A stretch of DNA of 64,000 nucleotides from Amphiscolops sp. MND2022. Taxonomy: Eukaryota. The position numbers and the translations under genes were made by a program. This document shows positions 1 to 12,900 of the stretch, in pieces (positions within the stretch are counted from its first letter, which is position 1; each line of letters opens with the position of its first letter). The DNA lies in the NCBI GenBank assembly GCA_964187785.1, contig OZ076409.1, positions 68,016,001 to 68,080,000 on the forward strand, read 5' to 3'. The notes beneath the pieces are model-generated. The model was not told the DNA's origin. It did no database searches and saw only the letters and a list, made by a program, of their open reading frames with translations.

Positions 1-117
1 ATGATTAAACAGGAGTGTATTGGTATTCCAGATATGATTCTTTTATTAATGATTTTTTGTTTTAAAAAAATAAAGATTAAAGCAGAAATAGTACTGAGCC
101 CCGGAGGGGCCTATTTT
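1..117 (+). repeat. 3' end of Helentron-like non-autonomous repeat family A (cut by window edge)
   Basis: Identical to 742-858. Ends GCAGAAATA..GCCCCGGAGGGGC hairpin..TATTTT. Confidence 0.75.
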
Positions 118-377
118 CATAGTAAACCGCATCCTTCAGCGAAAATTAAATTCGGTTCAAAATGATGCATCGATGTTTTTTCTGCACATATTTAACATGG
201 GAATGCAACGCGTTCAACCCCTCCTTAAGTTTTGCTGTTTCAATTTGATACTCAAAAGTTCTTCCACAATATTCTACGAAGTGCAATTTTGATCCGTATA
301 TGTATCGTAAGATATTTGAATTTTTTTCGTAAAAATATGAACTAAAATATAAATATTACTAAAATGATTTTTCCCGT

Positions 378-858
378 TTTTAATATTTCTGCTTTAGCAG
401 GAATGTTATTGTAACCTCAAAGTTGGTCCTTTTTTTTTCAGTCGTCAAATTTCGTCCTACTGAATAATTCAGATATTTTGTTCGGCAGTGAGTGTAAGCG
501 TGGGAAAGCTGCCGACAACAATTCAATTCTAGTGCGATAGAACGAGCGAGTGGTAATTATCCATTCGTATGCTGACGTCATTGAGATGAAGCGAATGAGT
601 GTTAATTATTCGTTCGTTGAGAGCTTCGCCTGCATTCAAATGCGAATGCGAAACTTCGTCTACGCTTAGTTATATTTTCTTTAGTCCGAGAAGAATTAAA
701 GGCGGTGTAAACTTGTACAGTGATTAATTGTGCTCTAAGTAATGATTAAACAGGAGTGTATTGGTATTCCAGATATGATTCTTTTATTAATGATTTTTTG
801 TTTTAAAAAAATAAAGATTAAAGCAGAAATAGTACTGAGCCCCGGAGGGGCCTATTTT
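378..858 (+). mobile_element. Family A non-autonomous element (Helentron/DINE-1-like)
   Basis: Dispersed ~500 bp repeat. 5' TATTTCTGC and 3' GCAGAAATA subterminal inverted repeat, followed by a GC hairpin and a T-run. Confidence 0.7.
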
Positions 859-986
859 ATGCAATTTTGTACAAGTTTTGAAAGCTTCCGTGAGTATGAA
901 TACCCACATAGTTAAATGACAAACTACTTTGCTACTTAACATGGAACAGTGTCTCAGAAAGAGCCAAAAATGTGAAAATGTTGTAG

Positions 987-3900
987 ACAAAGATGAATGT
1001 GCTTCTAACAATGGTGGCTGTCAGACAGTGTGTACTAACACAGATGGCTCTTTTAATTGTGGCTGCAGCACCGGCTACGAGGTTCATCCCAATGGGTTTG
1101 CATGTATAGGTGAGCTGACTCAACATTATTTGGCCAATATCTTCGAAGCAACGAAACGTGCAATTTTGTCTGCAACTGTAAAACAGTTTCGCTATGTTAT
1201 TGATGAATATACAGAATTTAATTGCTTGTTAGTCCGCATCAAACTATATTACTGACTTTCTTAAGACCACGAACTAACGGATTTTTATAAACTAGTTACT
1301 GCCGATCGTCCTGCCACTTGGCCTAGTGGGAAGCGTGGTTTAATAAAAAGCAGGAGTAACTTGGATTCGAATTTTGTGTGGGGCTAAAATGAATTCAAAT
1401 TTTTATTATTTCTGCGATAGCAGGAATAATATAGAAATCTGAAAAATGAAACTTTTCAGTCGACTTTTGTTAGCGATCCGAGTACTTACTAGAAAATTCA
1501 AATTTTGTTCGGCAGTGAGTATAAGCGTGAGATTTAAATTTCTCAAGCTGTCAAGGACACTTCATTTCTCGTGCGATGAAACGAGCAGGTGGTAATTATG
1601 TATTCGTACGCCGAATTCCTTAAGGTGAAGCGAGCGAATGTTCGTAGTTATGCTTTCGTACGTCGAGGTATTGGAATGAAGCGAATGAGTGTTAATTCGG
1701 TATTCGTTCGCCGAGAGCTTCGCCTGCATTCAAATGCGAATACGAAGCTTCGTCTACGCTTAGTAGTGATATATTCTTTAGTCCGAGAAGCATTAAAGGC
1801 GTTGTAAACTGATACAGTAACCATTGTGCGCCATATAATGATTAAGCAGGAGTGTTTGGTTTTTCCAAATATGCTTCTATTATTGAATATGAAAGCCTAA
1901 AAGCAGAAATAAAACCGCGCCCGCAGGGGCCTGTGTTCAAAACTAGAGATGAAATATTATTTCTAGAGGTTTTCGGCACTGTGCGACTTCTTTGGAATTT
2001 TCTCTCCAAAAGGTCAGTTAGGGATAGATAGCGTTTTTCGAGCCTAAAGAGCTTCCCTTCGGGTATTTTTTGGCATTCAGATGTTTGGGAATTATCGCAA
2101 TAATTGTCACGGAGCATGTATAAAAACTCTTATTCAGCCTCAAACGGGCGTCATCTTGGGTCATTCCCGATTTGTTTTTCTTTCTGTAGCTGTGCATACT
2201 GAAACTTAAACGTAATCGATGTTTTGCTTGCTGCATTTCATTTTCGAATACTTGCTGTCGTAAGCAAATTACAATTATTTTGTTCAGTTCATAGAAACTT
2301 TTAGTTTGATCTTGCTCGTAAAACCTCCAAACTGGTTGATATTTCAACCGATTCGCTGGTGCGATATGTGGACAAGTTGACAGAACGTGTGGAGCAAAAG
2401 ATCGCACAGGGGCTTCCAGACAAATTCGTTTTGCTATTTGACGGTTGGACATTTCAAGATGCACATTATTTTTGCGATATTTGCATCATATTTGTTCGCA
2501 AATACTGAAGCGCAAAAAACGGTGCTGTCACAGTTGGACAAAAATGCCTATATTGTCATGTGGAATGATTTCGAAAATGGCATCGCTAAGTGCGTTGATG
2601 GACAAAGTGTTAACCTAACCCCATCTGAAAAGGTAGCACTAAAGCCATTAGAATGTTCATCTAGTTTGGATGTCATGCCAGACGACAGCCCAGAAAATTT
2701 TGCGAAAAACCTGCTCGCTAAAAAAGAGAAAGACGGAAAATACAACGAACATAAATATGCACTGGATTCCCTGGACGTCTAACATATGTGAGCGCATCTT
2801 CAGCAGAGCAAAAGTAACACTTGGGACCCTTCGCCAAAACATGACACCAATGCATCTCGAGGAAACGCTGTTTCTTCAAGTAAACAAACTTTTGGGGTCC
2901 CGAGGTTGCTTCACGTATAGCATAAGTTTGGAGTTTATTATTGTACACTCCATTTAATGACAATGTATTATTTATCCGTATTCATAAAAACATTTATTCT
3001 TGAGATTCAGTTTTATGACATAGTTTATGGACATGTTTCCATAATATGGACATTTTTTTACGGAGTCCCTGATAGAGAGACACCGGACAACAATCTCGAT
3101 ATATTTTGGTAACACTCTTAAAATGTGTTGGAAGTGTCGTTATCAAAAATATATCATGGCAATTTTTCGCTTGATTTTTTTTTCAAAAGTTAGTTTACTG
3201 TTGTCACATCCATGCTCCAAAACCGGAAGTGTGATTTGTAATAAGTGCTATAAGAAAATTAAGTTCGTTGCTTTTTGTATTCAAAAAGCTCTGGAATTTT
3301 ATTCAAAAAACTCCCTATTTACATGGAAGTGCAAAATGTTATTTGAAAATATTTATTATTACGGCAGACATAGATGAATGCGTGACTGGAACGGATACGT
3401 GTGATGCTGTCTCATCTACGTGTAGAAACACAGTGGGCTCATTCGAATGTGACTGCAACGCTGGCTACGAGGTTTCAGCTCCCAACACTTGTATCGGTTG
3501 GTTCATATCACTAAAGGGTTGAAAATTTCAAGTTTTGTCATGAAATAACTGACCTTGAGAGCGTGACTTCTTTGGTGCTATTCAATCCCAATTAATCAAA
3601 AGTGCACGTGAATCAAATGCAAATTCAGTTTGTTTCTTTGTTTTGATGAATAAATTGAAGCGATCTCGTCCCTTAAAGTAGTAGATTTTCGCGCAGCTAT
3701 TGTTAAGTAAATTTACTGGAATGGATCCATTGGAACCAACGTATGCTTAGGTGGCGGACCCAGAGTAGTTCAGTCTTTTAAATTAGCAGCAACCGAAAGG
3801 GCTGCAAAATCAATGGTTTCCATGATACTTTCTGTGTGTTTAATTTTCAGATGATAGAATTTAAGTCCACCGTCAAATACAATGAAGGCCGCCTCCAATT

Positions 3901-6900
3901 GAAAGTTGCAGTGGGCTATTGTTTCGATCAAAAAATGAAGACGCGGCGTTTGCTCCGATAAACGTTGTTTTTTGGAAACTTTGTCAGCAATTTTAGTGCT
4001 GTCTAATTTGTTGAAAATTTACCTGAAGGTATTTTCCTGTAAAGAATTCTGTGAGGTGAAATCGTGTTGGAGTTTCTTGTGATTTTTTTCTAGACATCGA
4101 CGAGTGTGCACGTGGCACTGACCTGTGTGATGATTTTTGTGTGAACACAATTGGTTCCTACGTCTGCTACTGTCTCGATGAATCTCAGCTGCTACTGCAA
4201 GACGAAGTCTCCTGTTCCAGTGAGTACAGAAAATTTTTTCTGCTATCATCTGCTTGGGTCTAGAAGTACGTACCGTAATGTCCGGCGTATAAGAACCAAC
4301 AACCCCCACAATCTACAATTTCACCACCCACATTATAAAATGGGGGGCTTATACGCCGGGCATTACGGCATATCTAATAAAATGTATCTTTTACGCGATG
4401 TCAATTATCGGTCGATTCATAAAACTTTGAGAGTTGCTTCACATTTAGAGCTCCAAACGTTTGTTTCATTTTTTCAAATGCTATGGTGTATGTTAATATT
4501 GATTCTAAATGAAGTGGTTTGTAAAAGAGTAGGCGTTGGGGATATTCTAGTTTTTTTTGCGATAACGAAGTTGTTGAAATGCTGCTGTTGGGTCAAGACA
4601 AAATGACATCTCAATTAACTACGGTATTTGATGCTAGTTGAATTCCTGATTCTATGCTCTAAAATGAAGTGCAACGACTGAAAAAGCGTATGGATTTTCG
4701 TTTAAGAAAAACTTGGTTTGGAATGAGTCCAATTCAGTTAAAATGGTAACTCAGCTTCACCTGCTGCTTGAAACAAAAAATCATTGAACCAACCAGTTCA
4801 CTTCAATTAGTGCCGAAAATTTGAATGTGCTCCATTAAAGATTCAAGTAAATCTTTGTGTCTACGTTTGATAGAATAATGCATCATTGTCTTTTTATCAG
4901 TAACATATGTCAAAACTTTGACTGACAACACATGCAACTTCTGCAAAGTAACAGCTCTGCCTTCAGTTCATTTGATTTCTGGTTGAAAAACTTCAGTCGT
5001 TCTTCAACATAATCTTCAAAATCGTAGCGTCACAAAGGTTCCCGGCGTGATTTTTTTGTAAATGATAATAGAGGGTGATTTTATACAGTGTGTGATTTAA
5101 TTAATGAGAATCAAGACGGCAACGTCTCAAGTCGGGGCGCCCATGTATAGCTCACAAAGTGCTGTCTTATGAATGTATGAAAATGCTGTTTTTGTGATGA
5201 TATTTCCCAGTCTCACAGTGTCGGAAAAGTTTTTCTTTACTGGAATAATGAAAAAACTCCAAAGTGGCACTTTGGTGATAATAAACAATGTCCACTGCCG
5301 AAACGTGCTCTTCTGCAGCCAGCGAAAATGGTTTTTTGATGAGGACGGAAAATCCATGTAGGTTGCATTGAGAACATCTTCACTGGGTGTCCGGACGTTA
5401 CGCCCAATGATTATGCATACTGCCATTTTTGTATATTCAAATATCGAAAATAATACTTACAAAATTTAGCTGTGAAGAAATTACTTTATATCGTCTTGTA
5501 ATGTCTGGTTGGCATAAAAAGTCTACACTTTTTACGTTTGAAAATTCATCTAAAACTTTCTCTTGATCATAAAGGAATCATGGTGATCAATGCGTTAGGA
5601 AAATGTTAGAAAGTAGAAAACATTACCTGACCGATACTTGAAAAAATCTGAATTCATTAAATTGTTAGATGTTTTCTCTATCAAAAATCTGGAGGTTATA
5701 ATTGAATTCATAAGGGCCATATTTTTTTTACTGTGCTAAAACCACAGTGGCGCTGCGTCCTTTTTGAGCATTGCTAGAGAAGCTTGAAGCCCCTCTGAGC
5801 CAAATGAACTGAAAATTAAATCAAAGCTTTCATCGTGCTTGATTGTTAATTCAACTGACAAATGACACTGATGAGAAGCATTAGAAAAGTTGATTAATTA
5901 CCAGAGATTGAAACGATGCTTCAGCTCGCTGTTTCCAATTATACACATCAAAGACTTTTGAATAATACCAAAATATTTCAACCAAATACGAGCTTAATTG
6001 GCTAAAATTTGAGTTCTTCAATGTATCGCCAAATTAAAAACTTTTTTTTACTTCACTGAGCACAAGAAAACCTTCAGTGTATACTCTTCGAAGCATTTTG
6101 CTTCAAAGTATATCATCTTTCATACCTTGGTTCACAACTTAAAATTTGTTATCAACCTCATAACTTACAATCAAAGAACCGACTCAGCTTCTGCTGACTT
6201 GAAGACCCATATACTCGCCTTTTATGGTTGACTTGAACCAACGCCCTTTGTCATTATCAATCATCGACATCTGCTAAAATGGCCGATTACACAAAAGTGC
6301 CGAAAACTCTTACAGTCGACAACATTATGGCTAGAGCTCATACCCGATCGTCTGTCAGGTTAGTGTCATTTTTAATTGTTAACTCTAATGACTAATCTAA
6401 AATCATAATCAAGTTAGTATCAGCCAAGTTTCAATAAGTTTATTTTCTATTTCAAACTGTGCTGCAGAAGTATGATCAGAACTGAGAGTCCGTTGTGGCG
6501 TGATGCAACGTTCAGCAGCCGTATCAAAACAAGCCATGTTGGTATCAAACCAGACGACGCCTTCGCTGATTTGACCTCCCGGAGGTCAAGTAAAGCTAGC
6601 ACCCTGCCAATGGCGACTCCGTCGGATGGCAGAGCTATCTCAAGGTCTGAATCAGCCAAAGCTCCAACTTGCACCCAAAAATCTACAACTGCTACCTCGA
6701 TTACAAAGTCTTCCCAAACTGCCATCGAGAAAAATGATGGTTCAAATGGCTCAGCTCAGGAAAATAAAGAGAAAGAAGTCACAGACGAAGAGTGGATTGA
6801 ACAGTTGGGTAAGAAATTGAAGAAAACAGAGAGAGTTAAGAAAGACCATGTTGATGGAATCCTTGATCATTACAAAGGAGAGCGGACAGAGAAGTTGATA

Positions 6901-9900
6901 AAGCACGGATTAGGTATCAGCTACAGCCCAACTGTAGAGCTCAGTCGAAAAGCATTTTACAAAATTGTGAGGTGAAGCTTAGATTTCTGTGGAGCCTCTT
7001 TTTAAGCGGTGTGAATTTCTCTTCCGGTGAAATTGGCAGATCTGAAATCAATTGTCCAAAATACATATTTTTAGTAGCCAATTATCATATGCCTTGATAG
7101 AATCAAACTTTCGCCATGAATAGCGTCCATTAAATGAAAGTTGAGCTGTAACTGAACTAAAGGTAACTACACTTACAAGAACAAGTTTTTCACTTACGAA
7201 GGTGAGTGGTTTAACGGCGTGAAACATGGCAGAGGCAAAATTACGATGAAGGATGGATCTTTCTATGAAGGGACGTTCCGGAAGGGAGAAATGACAGGCA
7301 GAGGAGTGAAAGTGTGGGAAAACGGCACCAAAACTTACGTGGGTTACTTCAAGCAGGGCAAAATGCACGGTGAAGGAAAAATTATGTCAACAAATGGAGA
7401 CTTTTATTCGGGCGGTTTTGCGGAGAACTTGAGACAAGGGTATGGAGAATCGAAAGACATGGAAGGACTCTATAGGTGAGGGTTTATATTATATATACTT
7501 TTCAAATGAATACGCATTTTATACCTTACAGATTCGGGCAGTTGTAAGTTAGCGTTTTTTTGTGAACAGAGCCCTTTTGCTGATTCATGGAAGCAATTTT
7601 GACACAAAAAATCCATTTTGAGTATCCGAAACTGATTCGACGTTTGGATGAGTAAATTTTGTAACTATCACAATTTCCATATTTGCTTCAAGGGGAATGC
7701 ACGAGAAAGGGCTACGCCAAGGACAAGGCATGTTTATATACGAAGACACTGCGACCTACGTTGGAGATTGGCTGAAAAATAAGCCACATGGCGACGGAGT
7801 CTTCAAGAACAAAGATGGCTTCGTCATAACTGGACAGTTCACGGACGGAAAACCGTCTGTCTGGCCAACAAAGATCGAAATAAACGAAACTGGGCCAATT
7901 AAAGTGTTCAAAGGAGAATATTTTAATCTGTCGTTCCGATATGTGAACCAAAATGGGGAGTCGACACAATGCTACGAAGGAATGCAAATATATGTTTTTC
8001 AGCCACGGAAATTGTGATTTTGTCAAAAATATTTTATAGAAGGTACTCAAAAATAAATCATTATTAGCTCTACCACAGAAACCTATATTTAACCCTATAT
8101 CTAACTATAATTTTGAATTGACCTTTTACCAACTTTTTCAAAATACTGTGTTCCTTAACAGGTGACGTCTAGAAAGCAAATTTGAAAAAAGATCACTTCT
8201 TTTGTGAGATTTGCATTTCTCATTCAGGCTTCAAATGCAAAATGACTGGTTTCTTCAAGAAACCATCTCTGCCGAAGTCTAAGAGAAACAACCTTCCCGA
8301 TATGGTCAAAATTGAGGAGAACCTCCAAATTGTCAAAACACCCTTTTTCAAAGCAATCTCATACCCTATCTGCAACTTTGCCAACTATGTGCACTCTCTA
8401 CATTACCCCTACAACCTTGTTGACGATGAGTCATTGAGGATGAAAAATGAACCTTTGCAAAATGCTTTCGATGAAATCGTTTCTCTGAAGTATTTTTTGA
8501 GTTCATTGGAGAACTCGGATACCCAAATGTTGATGGATAAGGGATTGAAGTTTCCTGAAGACGCTGAACATGAAAGCAACAAGTGGCCCCTGCCCATTGT
8601 AGACGAGTACGTTGTTGATACTACTGGAAGTGGTCATTTTTCAAAAATTGCGTTGCCCGATGCCGATCGTCCTGAAATGCCATACGAACCCTTCGTCATA
8701 GATTCATATCTGCAGGAATATGAGAAAAACAAGAGGAAACATGGTGTCTATTTCGGGGAGAAGCCCAAAGATGTCACCTATGATGCCTTAGGTTGGATCA
8801 TTATTCTACGGTCTTTTTACACAATGTTTGGTTTTGTATTTTTTGGCATTTCTTGTAAAAGAGACCTTCACTGACTGTAAAAAAAAATTGAGCAAGGGAG
8901 GTTTTTCTCCGGAACGCTGACTCGCAGTTGAGCATGTAAATGTATACGTCGTTGAATATATTTTTGTTAGAATAGATGTCAGTTGAGTATTGTATAACGT
9001 GATACATGTTGGTTCATTTTGAGCACGATATGAAAATCAGTTTTTCAGACACTTACTCTGTGGAATAGTGCCACACTGAGCATCAAATACGAATTCGACT
9101 CATAAATCTAATGGTGTTTCAAAAATTTATAGTATTAAATTGCGTTTTTAATGAAGCTTGAGATTTACGAATCAGATGACTTACTCCTTTCAAGTTGGCC
9201 ATTTTCAAGAAAATTTTCTGGAAAAATGAACGATATCGTCAGACAATTCCTTGAAAAATCACGCTAGGTTGCCAAGGTAATATTTTGATACCATGATATT
9301 TTTTCAGGCCGAGCAATCGTGGACGACTCCGATAAAGAGGAGGAAGACGAAGAATCGATATATCCAGGATTGACTGTTGGAGATTTGGAACTTCCTGTTG
9401 AAAAACAGCTGATCAAAATTCTGTTTAACGGCTATGCTCGAAAGGGCCTGTACTGTATAAAACTGGAAGACATAGCCCCCGAGTCAGTGTATACATGGTT
9501 CTCGTTACCGAGACCCGAGCCTGCTTACATCCAAGTAAAAGTGGTCGAATATGCCAAGCGAGTCAAGTCCAAACACAGATCTAGTTCTAGAGGGAGTGGT
9601 CGCCAACGTACAGACGAGGCTGCCCCAACTGAACAGTCGAATACTAATATATAAACCACAAATTTCTAAAAGAGGACAGTGGGTTCTCAGATCTACTGTA
9701 TTTATCTGGACCTTAAGTAGATTTCCATATCTAAAGTTATCTATTAACAACTTTTTATTGCGAGAAGCAAAATTTCAAAGATTCCACTCGTTTTCAGGCG
9801 AGTTTTGAACCAAACAAGTTACGCCATTTTGTTGAAAATCAACAGAAAAGATATGTATAACTTTTTGTCATAACCCTGAACCATTGACATATTTGCGGTT

Positions 9901-12900
9901 ATTTGAGAACCTACTAAATAATTTTCATTCTCACAAAACAACTCTGAAGTTAAACTGATTCGTGAATTAGACTTTAGAACTTTATCATTTATCATGGATG
10001 TTTAAATAAAAATCTGTGACTTCGAGTTTTTCGAGCCTTTGGTCTTTTAAACAAGTTTCTATTCAGAATTTTTGATATTGAAATCTCTGTGGTTCTCAAT
10101 GGGAACCAATCGAGAAACTGTCTAATATCACGAAACGGTGGCAATTAAAACAAAATAATTGACGTACAGCCGACAGCTGTGAAAAGTGGCATTCGAATAC
10201 GCTCCATTAACCTTTCAGCCACAAGTGAACTGTCAGTGTTGCAATTAAGAGCAACTTTTGGGACCCTTGAAAAAGAATCAGCTATCAGTTGATGCAAAAG
10301 GCTCTGATGAAATTGGACTTTGTTAATGATTATTAAATCAAGTGAAGGTTTTCTTGTCTTGTGCTACTTCAATCGGTTGAAATATTTTTCCGGTGACTTA
10401 AAAATTACATCTTACATTTTAATTATCGGGGAAGGACGAGGAAGCGATTTTCGGCTCTTCTGAATCCTTGCTCGGAGGACCAAAAATTGTGATCAAATGA
10501 TCTTTTCTCGGTAGAAGACATATCAAATAGAAGGTATGAGCAATGATTGTGCTAGCTATTCGAAAAGAATAGAATTGAAGAACTATCATTGATTTAAAAT
10601 CGATCGCTTCAAAAAAATACTTTGTTTCAGCTAATTGCGCCGTGGACTCTGAATGCAATGGACCTGCTAACGGGGCATGCTTGAATGGCAATTGCAACTG
10701 TGTACCTGGTCGTCAAGGAGTTGATTGTGCCATTGGTTAGTGAAAGTTATTGCATTATGTATGGCTCGTAAAATAGCACTCTAGAATTGATCTGTTTTAT
10801 CATAGTGAAGTCATGAGTCCAATTAATTGACGCTTCAGCTTTTTGTCAATGAGAAATTTTAGATAGTCGTAAGTTTTTCAAAAGTTGATTTCAATGTTGG
10901 TATTTTTCCTTTTTTATGACTACTAGCCTTGAATTGAAATTTTCTCGGAACTCTTCAAAGTAATCGTGTTAGGTCATGTCCTGGTATCCTTGTCTCAATG
11001 GGCGAAGTCACATCCGCTGTTCCAAAATCATGTCGGTAACTCACTTGTTTGAAAGTGTCCTTGTCTTCTATTTGTTTAGATGGTAGACAGTTCAAACCAA
11101 GAAACGTTCAGTCGTTTTTTTAAAGTAATTTATGCATATCTCCACTCGAAACATGAAACTCTTTCGTAAAGTTCAGGAAAAATCCCAGTGCTTATTCAGT
11201 GGGCGTTTTTTGTCTAACTTATCTCTGAAAGAATCAAATGATCAGTTAGTTTTTAGTGATGATTGTTTGCAGATATCGACGAGTGTACTTCTATCAACGG
11301 TGGCTGTCAACAGAAGTGCACCAACTTGGCTGGTTCCTTCGAGTGTAGTTGCGACACAGGGTACAGCATAGATACCGTCGACCCCGCGCTCTGTTTAGGT
11401 CAGAAAAAGACCGCTTTTTCCATCATTCCTTGCTACCTTAAGTGTGCGCAATTCTTGGATAACGTTAAATAATTAGTATCATTTCAATGTATATTGATCA
11501 AATGCCATATATTGATTAGTAAGTATTTTTATTATTGCTGCGATAGCAGGAATAGTATTGAAATCTGAACTTTGCAATTTTTTTCAGTCAACTTTTCGTA
11601 CGCGATTCGAGTACCCACTGAAAAATTCATATTTGTTCGGCAGTGAGTATAAGCGTGAGATTTGAATTTCTCAAGCTGCCGATGACAATTCGTTTCTTGT
11701 GTGATGAAACGAGTGAGTTGTATTTATGCATTCGAACGCCGAATTCATTGAGATGAAGCGAGTGAATGTTCGTAATTAAGCTTTCGTACGACGAGTTATT
11801 GAAATGAAGCGAACGAGTGTTAATTATTCTTTCGCTGAGAGCTTCGCCTGGATTCAAATGCGAATACGAAACTTCGTCTACGCTTAGTATTTGCTTTAGT
11901 CCAGATTTCAAGGCGGTATAAAATGGTACAGTGATTAATTGTGCGCTATATAATGATTAAACAGGAGTGTTTGGTTATTCCAGATATGCTATTAATCAAC
12001 ATGAAAGCCTAAAAAGCAGAAATAATACTGTGCCCCGCAGGGGCCTATTTCAGATAACCGGAAATGTGTTCATGCCGAGTTTAAACGGGCCCAGTTCAGT
12101 GAAATGGTTTTCACGGCATTGGCTTCATCTGATTTAAGTGTTTTTTGTAACTCAAAAAATGTTTCACTTGAGTCGCTGTTTGTCTCAGACTATAGCTGAT
12201 CATCGCAAATAGTGACTTCGATAATCCAAATTCTTGTTCATATCATAGACTACACCGTTTCCTTGTTCAGTGAAGCATATCAGATATTAAGTGAACCGTC
12301 TCGGCTATCGTTCTAAAATTTAGCCTATCACTGGCTTCCAAATTGAAAGCGCTTTACAATCACAAGCTATGTGAACCATGCATGTATTAGCCGTCAAGTG
12401 AAACAAAGTATTGTTGGAAATAAAAGAACAACACGCGGTCTAAAGTAACAAAAGCGGGAAAAGAGACTTATTACATCAATTTCTAATTAATTTCTATTGG
12501 TTCTTCATTTAACATCTGATATGCTTCACCGAACACGGAAACGTAATTGTTGAAATATGCATGTTCAATAAGCCGGCAATTAATATTTCGATTACATTTG
12601 CTGTTCAAACAATTCTTCATTTTCATTTAAAGTCGAATTGATAATTATTATTTAAAAATTTAGTTTTTCGAAAACCACCCATTTCAGTTATGGTTAAAAT
12701 CGCAGTAGGTTTTCACTTGAAAGTGAAGTCATTCAGTCAGGTTTCAGGTACTGTTGATAACACTAACTGGGACGGTGTTTCATAGCAAATGATGTTTTTT
12801 GTGTCTAGATGTGAACGAATGTACTGGTGCCAATATTTGCCATGAGGACGCCCATTGTATCAATGCAGTGGGCAATTATCAATGCGAGTGCAAGGCTGGC

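Noticed and set aside
6465..6470. NAGNAG tandem acceptor (CAGAAG) in MORN1
   Set aside because: Common feature with a one-residue effect; no evidence of use.
9268..9281. X-box-like GTTGCCAAGGTAAT
   Set aside because: Lies in the last MORN1 intron, far from a promoter, and could be chance.
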